This document shows positions 10,649-18,969 of a stretch of 64,000 bases of DNA, one piece after another; positions within the stretch are counted from its first letter, which is position 1; each line of letters starts with the position of its first letter. The position numbers were made by a program, and so were the translations under genes. The stretch is from an uncultured Thermoleophilia bacterium (GTDB lineage Bacteria; Actinomycetota; Thermoleophilia; UBA2241): assembly GCA_963751215.1 (NCBI GenBank), contig CAVVTV010000025.1, forward strand, positions 130,665-194,664, read 5' to 3'. A model generated the notes under the pieces. The model did no database searches, was not told where the DNA came from, and saw only the letters and a program-made list of their open reading frames with translations.

Positions 10649-11827
10649 ATGAGCACCAGACACACCGAGAAGCCACCTGCGCCGCTGGGGTACGGCCCCC
10701 CACGGACTCGTCTCGCCTTACGTCTGGCGCTCGTCTACGCCGCCGTGGCGTCGCTGTGGATACTCCTCTCCGACTCGGCCCTCGACGCACTGGGGCTGCC
10801 GCTGTCTGTGGAGCAGGAGCTCTCATCCCTTAAAGGCCTGGGTTTTGTGCTGGTCACGGCGGTGGTGCTCTATGTCTTCGTGAGCCGCTGGGTGAGGAGG
10901 CTGCGCGCGTCGCAGGAGCGGTACTGGCGCCTGTTCGAGAACGCCACCGAGGGCATCACCGTCTTCACCGTGGTGCGCGACCGGCAGGGCGCGCTGACCG
11001 ACCTTGTCGTTACCGACGTAAACTCCATCCAGCTAGAGCGCACCCAGCTCACGCGCGACCAGGTGGTCGGTCGCCGGATGACGCAGCAGCACGGCCCCGA
11101 CGAGCGCCTGCGCTCGTACTTCGATCTCGTCGCCAGCGCCGTGGCCGCGGGGCACCCCATAGAGTCTGAGCTGCGCGTGAGGTCGGTCGGAGCTCACGAG
11201 CTGCTCTCGGCGTATCCGTTCGAGCACGACCTGTGGGCGCTGGCCGCCCTGGACGTCACCCAGACACGCCGCGCCGAAGAGGATCTGCGCAAGCAGGAGG
11301 AGCACATCCGGCAGGCATACGTGGATGTGCTCGACGCGGTCACCGGCGGCAAGCTCATCCTCCTCACCGAGGAGGACCTGGCGGCCGAGCTCGGGGTGCC
11401 GCTCTGCATCCCTGCGCAGATCACCTCCGCGAAGCAGATGCCCGAGGCGCGCCGCCGCGTTTCGAAGGCGGCCCGGCAGAGTTTCCCCGGATGGACAGAG
11501 CTCACAGACCTTCTCAACCCCGCTTGTGAGGCCCTCGGCAACGCGCTCAAGCATGGCCACGGCGGAACCTACCAGGTGTACGCGAAGGACGGTCGCCTGC
11601 AGGTGGCGGTCAGCGACGATGGGCCGGGCATCGACTTCCGCACCCTGCCCAGGGCCGCGCTGGTGCCCGGCTTCTCCACCGCCGCGAGCCTGGGCATGGG
11701 CTTCACGATCATGCTCCAGCTCTGCGACCGCGTGCTCCTCAGCACGCGACCGGGGCGCACCGAGATCGTGCTCGAGGTGGCGGCCGGCAGCGCGGCCGCG
11801 CTGGAGATCGTCACGGCGCTCGCCTAG
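10649..11827 (+). CDS. Membrane-anchored PAS sensor protein with a C-terminal histidine-kinase-like ATPase (HATPase_c/RsbW-like) domain
   Basis: Two N-terminal TM helices are followed by a PAS-like segment (RYWRLFENATEGITVFTVVRDRQGALTDLVVTDVN). The C-terminus has N/G-box-like motifs (NALKHGHGG...VSDDGPGIDF...GMGFTIM). No H-box was recognised. Confidence 0.65.
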   Translation: MSTRHTEKPPAPLGYGPPRTRLALRLALVYAAVASLWILLSDSALDALGLPLSVEQELSSLKGLGFVLVTAVVLYVFVSRWVRRLRASQERYWRLFENATEGITVFTVVRDRQGALTDLVVTDVNSIQLERTQLTRDQVVGRRMTQQHGPDERLRSYFDLVASAVAAGHPIESELRVRSVGAHELLSAYPFEHDLWALAALDVTQTRRAEEDLRKQEEHIRQAYVDVLDAVTGGKLILLTEEDLAAELGVPLCIPAQITSAKQMPEARRRVSKAARQSFPGWTELTDLLNPACEALGNALKHGHGGTYQVYAKDGRLQVAVSDDGPGIDFRTLPRAALVPGFSTAASLGMGFTIMLQLCDRVLLSTRPGRTEIVLEVAAGSAAALEIVTALA

Positions 11828-11847
11828 CGAGGCCGACCCTCGCCGCC

Positions 11848-12948
11848 ATGAACGCTCAACCTCGACCAGGGAGCTCCTCGCGGAGCCGGCGGCCCGGCGC
11901 CGGCGCGCTCCGCCTGCGCCGCGGCGCGGCGCGCACCCGCCTTGTGGGACGCCTGGGGCTGGCCCGGGCACGCGGCCGGCCTCACACGTTGAGCCACCTG
12001 GTCACCGGCCGCTGCAACGGCCGCTGCCGCACCTGCCTCTGGCGCGACCCCGGCCGTGACGAGCTCGACACGGCGACGGTCAGGTGGCTCTATCGCGAGG
12101 CCGGTAGAGCTGGCCTCGCACAGCTCGTGATGTGGGGTGGCGAGCCACTGCTCCGGCAGGATCTGCCGGAGCTCTTGCGCGCCGCCCGGCACGCCGGCCT
12201 GCTCACCACCCTCATCACCAACGGCTGGCTCATCGGCAAGCGTTGGCCCGAGTTGCGCGGTCATGTGGACGCGCTCATCCTCAGCCTCGACGACGTGGGT
12301 CCCGCCCACGACCGTTTGCGCGGCCTGCCCGGCCTCTACGAACGCCTGCAAGCCTTCGTCGACATGCTGGCCGACGACCCGCTACGCCCGACCCTGCTCG
12401 TGAACACCGTGCTCTCCAATCTCAACCGTGGGGCTTTGGAGCGCGTTGCGGCGGTGGCCGCGGACTGGCACGCGGGTCTGTACTTCTGCCCTATGGAGAC
12501 GGGCGCGGCGACCTCCGCCGGCATCGTGACGCCGCTCGCCGAGCTGGCGCTCTCGCCCGCGCAGCTGAGCGCCGTGGCCGGCACCGCGGCGGAGCTCAAG
12601 CGCGCTGGCTACCCCATCCTCGCCACCGCCGAGTACCTGGATCTGCTCGCCCGCGACCCGGATCTGCAGGGCTACACGTGCCGGGCGCCGGCCGCGCGGC
12701 TCACAGTGGCCGCCGACGGCACGGTGCGCGACTGCCTGCATAGCGACCGCCCGCTGGCCGACGTGGCCGCCCTGCGGGCCGCCCACGAGCCCCTCTCGCT
12801 GCTGTTCTCTCAGCCCCGATACCGTGCCATGACGGCGCAGGCGACGCACTGCCGCAAGTGCAACAACCCAGATGTCATCGAGCTGTCGTGGCTCTGGGAC
12901 CTGCGGCCGGCGATGCTTCGCAAAGTGCTGCAACTCAGCACCCTGTAG
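11848..12948 (+). CDS. Radical SAM enzyme with a C-terminal SPASM/twitch-like Cys-rich domain
   Basis: It has the CNGRCRTC (Cx3Cx2C) motif and GGEPLL, plus C-terminal cysteines (CRAPAARLTVAADGTVRDC...HCRKCNNPD). It is not HydE- or HydG-like in length or motifs. Confidence 0.75.
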   Translation: MNAQPRPGSSSRSRRPGAGALRLRRGAARTRLVGRLGLARARGRPHTLSHLVTGRCNGRCRTCLWRDPGRDELDTATVRWLYREAGRAGLAQLVMWGGEPLLRQDLPELLRAARHAGLLTTLITNGWLIGKRWPELRGHVDALILSLDDVGPAHDRLRGLPGLYERLQAFVDMLADDPLRPTLLVNTVLSNLNRGALERVAAVAADWHAGLYFCPMETGAATSAGIVTPLAELALSPAQLSAVAGTAAELKRAGYPILATAEYLDLLARDPDLQGYTCRAPAARLTVAADGTVRDCLHSDRPLADVAALRAAHEPLSLLFSQPRYRAMTAQATHCRKCNNPDVIELSWLWDLRPAMLRKVLQLSTL

Positions 12949-12977
12949 GCCCGACACGACGGCGATGATGCACTACC

Positions 12978-13994
12978 ATGGTCTCTCGTCCACAGATCGC
13001 CGCAAGCCTACGTGCGGGAGGAGCGCAAGTGACAGCGCCATTCGATCGTGTGCCGCGCACCCGTAACGCCGGCAGCCGCAATCCGTCACGCCTCGGCCTG
13101 ATCGCGCTCGCGGTCCTCGCTCTGATCTGGGGTTACAACTGGGTGGTCATGAAGGTCGGCTTGCAGTATTCGCAGCCATTCACCTTCGCGGCCCTGCGCA
13201 CCTTCGTCGGAGCTCTCAGTCTGCTGGCGCTGCTGGCGGTCTTGCGCCGCCCCTTCTGGCCCAAGGCGATCGTCTTCACCCTGCTCATCGGCCTTCTGCA
13301 GACTACCGGCTTTGCGGGCCTCATCATGTGGGCACTCGCCAAAGGTGGCGCGGGCGAGATTTCGGTGCTCACCTACACCATGCCTTTCTGGCTGCTGCTG
13401 ATGGCCCGGGCGTTTCTCGGCGAGAGACTGAGGGGGCTGCAGTGGCTGGCCGTCGGGGTGGCCTTTGTCGGCCTCTTGCTCGTGCTCGAACCCTGGCGAC
13501 TGCACGGTGCGTGGAGCAGCTTGATGGCGGTGCTGGCAGGCCTCTCGTGGGCGGCCAGCGCGATCGTCGTCAAGATGCTGCAGCGACGACACGCCGTAGA
13601 CCTGCTGTCACTCACCGCGTGGCAGATGCTGTTCGGGTCGCTCCCGCTGATCGTGGTCGCGCTGCTCACCTACACCGCACCGCCGGTGTGGACCGTCTCG
13701 TTCATCTCGGCCCTGGTCTACAACGTGTTTCTCGGCAACGCGCTCGCCTGGCTGTTGTGGCTCTACGCCCTCCGCGCGCTGCCCGCCGGGAGCGCCGGAA
13801 TGGGCACGTTGGCGATCCCGCTGATCGGTGTGGTTACCGCCTGGATCCAGCTCGGCGAGCGCCCCGGCGGCGCCGAGGCGCTCGGCATGGCGGGCATCAT
13901 CGGCGCTCTCTGCCTGCTCGCGCTGCTCGGCGCGCGCCGCCCGGCGATGGAGCACGTGACACGCGCCAGCCCACCGCCGGGGGAGAGCACCTGA
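12978..13994 (+). CDS. EamA/DMT family permease
   Basis: Ten predicted TM helices. LIALAVLALIWGYNWVVMKVGL is a typical EamA N-terminus. The start is probably an internal GTG/ATG downstream of 12978. Confidence 0.8.
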   Translation: MVSRPQIAASLRAGGAQVTAPFDRVPRTRNAGSRNPSRLGLIALAVLALIWGYNWVVMKVGLQYSQPFTFAALRTFVGALSLLALLAVLRRPFWPKAIVFTLLIGLLQTTGFAGLIMWALAKGGAGEISVLTYTMPFWLLLMARAFLGERLRGLQWLAVGVAFVGLLLVLEPWRLHGAWSSLMAVLAGLSWAASAIVVKMLQRRHAVDLLSLTAWQMLFGSLPLIVVALLTYTAPPVWTVSFISALVYNVFLGNALAWLLWLYALRALPAGSAGMGTLAIPLIGVVTAWIQLGERPGGAEALGMAGIIGALCLLALLGARRPAMEHVTRASPPPGEST

Positions 13995-14044
13995 AAGCCG
14001 CGACCCCTGCGCTATACTCCCGCCAGCGGGCAAGGAGGGTGACG

Positions 14045-14554
14045 TTGGACCTATTCGAAGCGATCAAGACTCGCTACAGCGTGCGAGGGTACAAGCCGGA
14101 TTCCATCGACGACGGCCTGCTCCACCAAGTTCTGGAGGCGGCCCGCCAGGCGCCCACGGCCGCCAACAAGCAGCCGTTTCGCATCGTCGTCGTACACACC
14201 GAGGGACGTGCCGCCGATCTGGCCCGCATATACGGGCGCTCGTGGCTCGTTGAGGCCCCACTGGTGCTCGCCATGGTCGCCGTCCCCGGCGAGGCGTGGC
14301 GGCGCTCCGACGGCAAACTCTACGACGAGGTGGATGCGGCCATAGCCATGGATCACCTTGTGCTGGCCGCCACGGCCCTAGGGCTCGGCACGTGCTGGAT
14401 CGCGGCGTTCGATCCGGCCGCGGCGCGCGAGGTGCTCGGCCTGCCCGACGACGTGGAGCCAGTCGCTCTTACGCCGCTCGGCTACCCCGACAAACGGCCC
14501 GCCGGCACCGGCCGCAGACCACTCGAGGAGCTCGTCAAGTACGAACGCTGGTGA
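14045..14554 (+). CDS. Nitroreductase family protein
   Basis: A TTG start sits 5 nt after GGAGGG. The motif RYSVRGY...PTAANKQPFRIVVV...AIAMDHLVLAATALGLGTCW is the classical NADH nitroreductase fold signature. Confidence 0.85.
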   Translation: MDLFEAIKTRYSVRGYKPDSIDDGLLHQVLEAARQAPTAANKQPFRIVVVHTEGRAADLARIYGRSWLVEAPLVLAMVAVPGEAWRRSDGKLYDEVDAAIAMDHLVLAATALGLGTCWIAAFDPAAAREVLGLPDDVEPVALTPLGYPDKRPAGTGRRPLEELVKYERW

Positions 14555-14634
14555 GAGGCGGGCGCGCCCGCGCCGCGCCGGCGCCGGCCCGCAGCGCGCG
14601 CCCTACGGCGGTGGCGCCACAGGTCGCGGGGCGC

Positions 14635-15930
14635 CTAGGCCGGGCCGAGGTGCCTGCGGCGCAGCTCCTCCAGCTGCTTGGGGGAGAGAAACACGCAGTC
14701 ACCCCTGGCCGCCTCACCGGCGGCGACATCGTGGGCCAGCACCCGGCAACTGGGCGCGCCGCAGAGCCCGCAGTCCAGTCCCGGCAGGGTACCCGCGATG
14801 CGTTCCGCCTCCTTCACCCGCCGCACCCTCTCGCGCAGATCGCCCACCTTGGTGGTCGCGCGAGGCTCGAACGGACGCTCGGTGGAGTAGTCTTCTTGCG
14901 GGTAGCGACGCCACACCTCGGCCTCGGTCTCGAGGTCGGTCTCGGGGAGCTCCCTCACCAGGCTCTGCATCTTGGCCTGCGTCACGTAGAGGTTGTCGAC
15001 CGTAAGATTGCCGTTGGCGCAGCCGCCCCAGCAGGCGCTGCACTCCAGGAAGTCTATGTCTTTGAGCTTGCCCTTCTCGATGTCGTCGAAGACGCGCATC
15101 ACGTTGGGCAGCCCCGTCACCGACAGGTAGCGGTACCTGCTGAGCGTGCCGGCCAGCGGGCGTCGCGTAGACCAGCGCAGCATCCCCGCGGAACGCACGG
15201 GCGCCCAGGCGCAGTGAACGCCGGACTTCGCGACCCTACGCGCCCGGGCCAGCACCGTGTTGTACACCTGCGGAATGCCGATGGACCCGTCCAGGTAGCT
15301 CTTGCCACCTTCGGCCGGCTGCATGATGGAGACGGTCCGTGCCTGGCAGGGCGTGACGTAGATGGCGGCCACGTCTTCGGGCGCCACACCGCGCTCCAGC
15401 GCGAAGCGCCGCTTGACCTCGCGCCCGGCGATCTCGCGCGGAGGGTGCACGCGAATGAGCTGCTCCAGCATCCGCGGGTACGAGACCTGCATGAGCCGCA
15501 CCACCACGGGGCAGGTGATGGAGATGATGGGCCGCGGGCCACGCCAGGAGCCCACGAAATCGACGATCGCACGCGTCACGAGCTTCATCTCAACGCCGTA
15601 GTCCCACACGCTGTCGAAGCCCACGGCGAGCAGCCCCTCGGCGATGTGCTCAGGCCGTATCTCGCGCGGAAACTGGCCGAAGAGCACCGGCGAGGGCACC
15701 GCCACCTTGAGCGCGAAATGGTTGAACTCGTCCAGGGTCCGCGTGGTCGCCGTGATCGCCCCGCGCGAGCACGCGGTAAGGCACGAGCCGCAGTCGATGC
15801 ACAGCTCGCTCAGCACGCGCGCCTTGCCGTGCTTCACGCGAATCGCAAACGTGGGGCAGACCCGCATGCAAGCCAGGCAGCCGTTGCACACCGCGTCGGC
15901 TATGCGGAATCCATGCGTGTACTCAGCCAT
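14635..15930 (-). CDS. HydS-like putative sensory [FeFe]-hydrogenase homologue. It lacks a PAS domain and is the last gene of the redox operon.
   Basis: Two N-terminal ferredoxin-type motifs (CNGCLACMRVCP, CIDCGSCLTACS). The H-cluster-domain motifs are present in modified form: L1 ITCP has a single Cys where the proton-relay Cys of TSCCP is replaced, L2 is TPCQ, and L3 is ECSACWGGCANG. A C-terminal Cx2Cx4Cx16C motif (CGLCGAPSC-16-C) matches what is described for Thermotoga HydS. Confidence 0.75.
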   Translation of the reverse strand: MAEYTHGFRIADAVCNGCLACMRVCPTFAIRVKHGKARVLSELCIDCGSCLTACSRGAITATTRTLDEFNHFALKVAVPSPVLFGQFPREIRPEHIAEGLLAVGFDSVWDYGVEMKLVTRAIVDFVGSWRGPRPIISITCPVVVRLMQVSYPRMLEQLIRVHPPREIAGREVKRRFALERGVAPEDVAAIYVTPCQARTVSIMQPAEGGKSYLDGSIGIPQVYNTVLARARRVAKSGVHCAWAPVRSAGMLRWSTRRPLAGTLSRYRYLSVTGLPNVMRVFDDIEKGKLKDIDFLECSACWGGCANGNLTVDNLYVTQAKMQSLVRELPETDLETEAEVWRRYPQEDYSTERPFEPRATTKVGDLRERVRRVKEAERIAGTLPGLDCGLCGAPSCRVLAHDVAAGEAARGDCVFLSPKQLEELRRRHLGPA

Positions 15931-16363
15931 GCTCGTCCAGCTTGATCTTGCAGGTCACGACGGTGCCCTCACCTAGCTCTGAGCGGATACCGAACACGTC
16001 GGAGTTCTTCTGCACATTGGGCAGACCCATGCCGAAGCCGAAGCCCATCTCGCGCATCTCGTCGCTGGCGCTCGACCATCCCTCCTGCATGGCAAGCTCG
16101 AGGTCGGGGATGCCCGGGCCGTGGTCGGCCATCTCGATGCCGATGTCTTCGTCTGTGATCGCCAGGGTGAGCACCCCCTCGCGGGCGTACATCACCACGT
16201 TCATCTCGACCTCGAAGGCCACCACCACGGCGCGGCGGATGGTCTGCGGGTCGATCTCCAGGTCTTTGAGCAGCGTCTTGATCTCGGTCGACGTCTCGCC
16301 CGCCTTGTCGAAATCGAGGCCGTTCACCCGGTAGCAGCACGAGAGCAGCTCCTCGGCCATCAC
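15923..16363 (-). CDS. Histidine-kinase-like ATPase (anti-sigma-factor/RsbW-type HATPase_c) protein
   Basis: 146 aa with HGPGIPDLE...GFGFGMGLPNV G-box-like motifs. It shows ATGA-type overlaps with both neighbours. Confidence 0.8.
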   Translation of the reverse strand: MMAEELLSCCYRVNGLDFDKAGETSTEIKTLLKDLEIDPQTIRRAVVVAFEVEMNVVMYAREGVLTLAITDEDIGIEMADHGPGIPDLELAMQEGWSSASDEMREMGFGFGMGLPNVQKNSDVFGIRSELGEGTVVTCKIKLDEHG

Positions 16364-16701
16364 ATCGCCCCGTGCAGGCCGGCGACGTACAGGATGCCGC
16401 AGCTCTCGAACATGCCGAGGCAGGTCATGAGCACCGGGATGCCCTTCTCACGAGCGAGCTCTAGCACGCGCTCGGGCGGACGCTTGCCGCGCACGTACAC
16501 GATGGCGTGCACATCGGCCACCACGGCGGTGCGCACCGACTGGATGTTGGTGAGCCCGGTGAGCATCAAGGCGTGAGGCCGGTGAAAGGCGAGGATCTCG
16601 CTCATGCCGTCGGAGGCCACCACGGCCTCTATATCCACCTCGTGGTCGAGCGTCGTGAGCGGCTCGCAACACAGAGCCGCGGCGATCTCGTTCAGCCTCA
16701 T
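16360..16701 (-). CDS. DRTGG domain protein
   Basis: 113 aa with LMLTGLTNIQSVRTAVVADVHAIVYVRGK...GIPVLMT, typical of the DRTGG (CBS-associated) domain. Its start overlaps the NfnB-like stop (ATGA). Confidence 0.75.
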   Translation of the reverse strand: MRLNEIAAALCCEPLTTLDHEVDIEAVVASDGMSEILAFHRPHALMLTGLTNIQSVRTAVVADVHAIVYVRGKRPPERVLELAREKGIPVLMTCLGMFESCGILYVAGLHGAM

Positions 16702-18131
16702 GGCCGGCAGCCTCCTTCGCGATCAGGCACGCGCCTGCGCAGCGCCGCGTCGATCGACAGCGCCGCCCGGCGCCCGGCGCCCATGGCACTGATGACCGTG
16801 GCTGCGCCGGTAACCACGTCTCCGCCGGCCCAGATATGCTCGCGTGACGTACGCCCGGTCTCTTCGTCAGCCACAATGGTACCGCGCGGGCCCACCTCCA
16901 GGCCCGGGGTCGTCGCGGGAATCAGCGGGTTGGGGCTGTTGCCGATGGCGCACACCGAGGCGTCTACAGACATCATGAACTCGGAGCCCGCGATCTCTAT
17001 GGGCCGGCGGCGGCCGGAGGCATCGGGAGTACCCAGCTCCATGCGGCGGCACTCCATGGCGCGCAGCCAGCCCCGGTCGTCGCCGATGAGGCGCACCGGC
17101 AAGGTGAGGAAGTCGAAGATCACGCCCTCCTCCTCGGCGTTCTCCACCTCCTCGAGGCGCGCCGGAAGCTCGTCGCGGCTGCGCCGGTACACGATGTGTA
17201 CCTCCTCGGCGCCCAGACGCAGCGCGGTGCGGGCCGAGTCCATGGCCACGTTGCCGCCGCCGAACACGGCCACCTTCGCCGCCCGCTTGAGCGGCGTGTC
17301 CCAGGCGGGAAAGCGAAAGCCGCGCATGAGGTTGCAGCGCGTGAGGTACTCGTTCGCGGAGTACACGCCGTTCAGGTTCTCCCCCGGGATCTCGAGAAAC
17401 CACGGCAGGCCGGCGCCGGCGCCCACGAACGCCGCGTCGAACGATTCGAGCAACCGGTCGAGGGTGCGTGTCTTGCCGGCCACGAAGTCAAGGCGCAGCT
17501 CCACCCCCAGGCTGCGCACGTAGTCGATCTCGCGGCGCACGATGGCCTTTGGCAGGCGAAACTCCGGGATGCCGTAGGTGAGCACGCCTCCCGCCTCGTG
17601 CAGAGCCTCGAACACGGTCACCTGGTACCCCTGCCCGGCGAGGTCGGCGGCCACCGTAATGCCGGCCGGTCCCGAGCCGACCACGGCCACCCGGCGGCCG
17701 TTGGCGGGCGGCTGCGGGGGCGGCTGCGCCGCCCCCTCGGCCGCCTCCCAGTCGGCCAGGAAGCGTTCCAGACGGCCGATGGCGAGCGGCTCCCCCTTCT
17801 TGCCCAGCAAGCAGAGCTTCTCGCACTGCTCCTCCTGCGGACACACGCGGCCGCAGACCGCCGGCAGCGCGTTGGTCTCCTTGACCTTCTTGATGCCGGT
17901 CGCGAAGTCTCCCTCGGCGATGCAGGCGACGAAAGCCGAGATGTCGACGCCCACCGGGCAGCCCTGGCTGCAAGCGGGCTTCTTGCAGGCCAGGCAGCGC
18001 GCCGCCTCCTCCCGCGCGAGCTCGGGCGAGTAGCCCAGCGCCACCTCGTCGAAGTTGCGCACACGCGCGCCCGGCTCCTGCTTCGGCATGGGCCGTCTGG
18101 CCGTTCTGATTCTGCCGCCCACTCGCGTCAT
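16698..18131 (-). CDS. GltD/SudA/NfnB-like subunit: NAD(P)H-binding, FAD, two [4Fe-4S] clusters
   Basis: CLACKKPACSQGCPVGVD and CGRVCPQEEQCEKLC Fe-S motifs, and two GxGxxG folds (VAVVGSGPAGITVA, VAVFGGGNVAMDSA). Start chosen at M42 of the ORF, which sits 4 nt after the NfnA-like stop. Confidence 0.85.
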   Translation of the reverse strand: MTRVGGRIRTARRPMPKQEPGARVRNFDEVALGYSPELAREEAARCLACKKPACSQGCPVGVDISAFVACIAEGDFATGIKKVKETNALPAVCGRVCPQEEQCEKLCLLGKKGEPLAIGRLERFLADWEAAEGAAQPPPQPPANGRRVAVVGSGPAGITVAADLAGQGYQVTVFEALHEAGGVLTYGIPEFRLPKAIVRREIDYVRSLGVELRLDFVAGKTRTLDRLLESFDAAFVGAGAGLPWFLEIPGENLNGVYSANEYLTRCNLMRGFRFPAWDTPLKRAAKVAVFGGGNVAMDSARTALRLGAEEVHIVYRRSRDELPARLEEVENAEEEGVIFDFLTLPVRLIGDDRGWLRAMECRRMELGTPDASGRRRPIEIAGSEFMMSVDASVCAIGNSPNPLIPATTPGLEVGPRGTIVADEETGRTSREHIWAGGDVVTGAATVISAMGAGRRAALSIDAALRRRVPDREGGCRP

Positions 18132-18135
18132 CCTC

Positions 18136-18969
18136 TCAGAAGTGAGACGCGCACCCGCTGCGCCGAAGAGGTTCGACCTCCTCCGGATTGTAGGTCTCTC
18201 GCCGCGCCAGGAACTCTTCCCAGTCCACCTCGTGGCCGTTGAACTCGGGGCCATCGACGCAGGCGAACCTGGTCTTGCCGGCCACCGTCAGGCGGCACAC
18301 CCCGCACATGCCCGTGCCGTCGATCATGATTGGGTTCATGCTCACGATCGTCGTGATGCCCAGGGGCCGAGTCTGCTCGCAGACCTTCATCATCTGGAAG
18401 GTGCACCCATGGGCGACGATGCGCTCCGGGTGAAGGTCTTCGAGCGCCAGGATCTCGGCCAGGCGCGTCACGTGCCCTTTGTAGCCCCGGCTGCCGTCGC
18501 GGGTGACCGTGATCACGCGCTCGGCGACACCGCGCAGCCGGTCTTCCCAGTACAAGAGATAGGCGCTACGCGCCTCCACGAGCACCACCACGCGGTTGCC
18601 GGCCGCCGCCATGGCGGCGGCGACGGGCTGGATACTGCCGATCCCGTAGCAGCCGCCGATGAGCAGCACCGTGCCGAAGTGCTCCACCACGGTCGCATTG
18701 CCCAGGGGACCGGCATACGACGGGATCTCGTCGCCGGCGTGCAGGCGCGCAAGCCGACCCGTGGAGGCGCCGACCTGCACGAAGATGGAGGTAACGGTTC
18801 CGGCGGCGGCGTCCCAGTCGGCCAGGGTGAGCGGAATGCGCTCGCCGCCCTCTCCCGGTCGCAGGATGATGAAGTTGCCGGGCCGCGCTGACTCGGCCAC
18901 CTCGGGCGCGTCCACGGTGAGCAGGTGCACGTTGGGCACGATCATGCGGCGTTCAACGACCCGGACCAT
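18136..18969 (-). CDS. SudB/NfnA/PyrK-like subunit: FAD plus C-terminal [2Fe-2S]
   Basis: Ferredoxin-NADP-reductase-like fold (MVRVVERRMIVPNVHLLTVDAPE...) ending in GTGMCGVCRLTVAGKTRFACVDGPEF, a Cys4 [2Fe-2S] motif. An alternative ATG lies at 18945. Confidence 0.8.
   Translation of the reverse strand: MVRVVERRMIVPNVHLLTVDAPEVAESARPGNFIILRPGEGGERIPLTLADWDAAAGTVTSIFVQVGASTGRLARLHAGDEIPSYAGPLGNATVVEHFGTVLLIGGCYGIGSIQPVAAAMAAAGNRVVVLVEARSAYLLYWEDRLRGVAERVITVTRDGSRGYKGHVTRLAEILALEDLHPERIVAHGCTFQMMKVCEQTRPLGITTIVSMNPIMIDGTGMCGVCRLTVAGKTRFACVDGPEFNGHEVDWEEFLARRETYNPEEVEPLRRSGCASHF

Noticed and set aside
11848-12948. The radical SAM protein as the HydE or HydG hydrogenase maturase
   Set aside because: The C-terminus is SPASM/twitch-like with Cys clusters, unlike the HydE (biotin-synthase-like) or HydG (ThiH-like, C-terminal CX2CX22C) organisation. 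No hydF is nearby.
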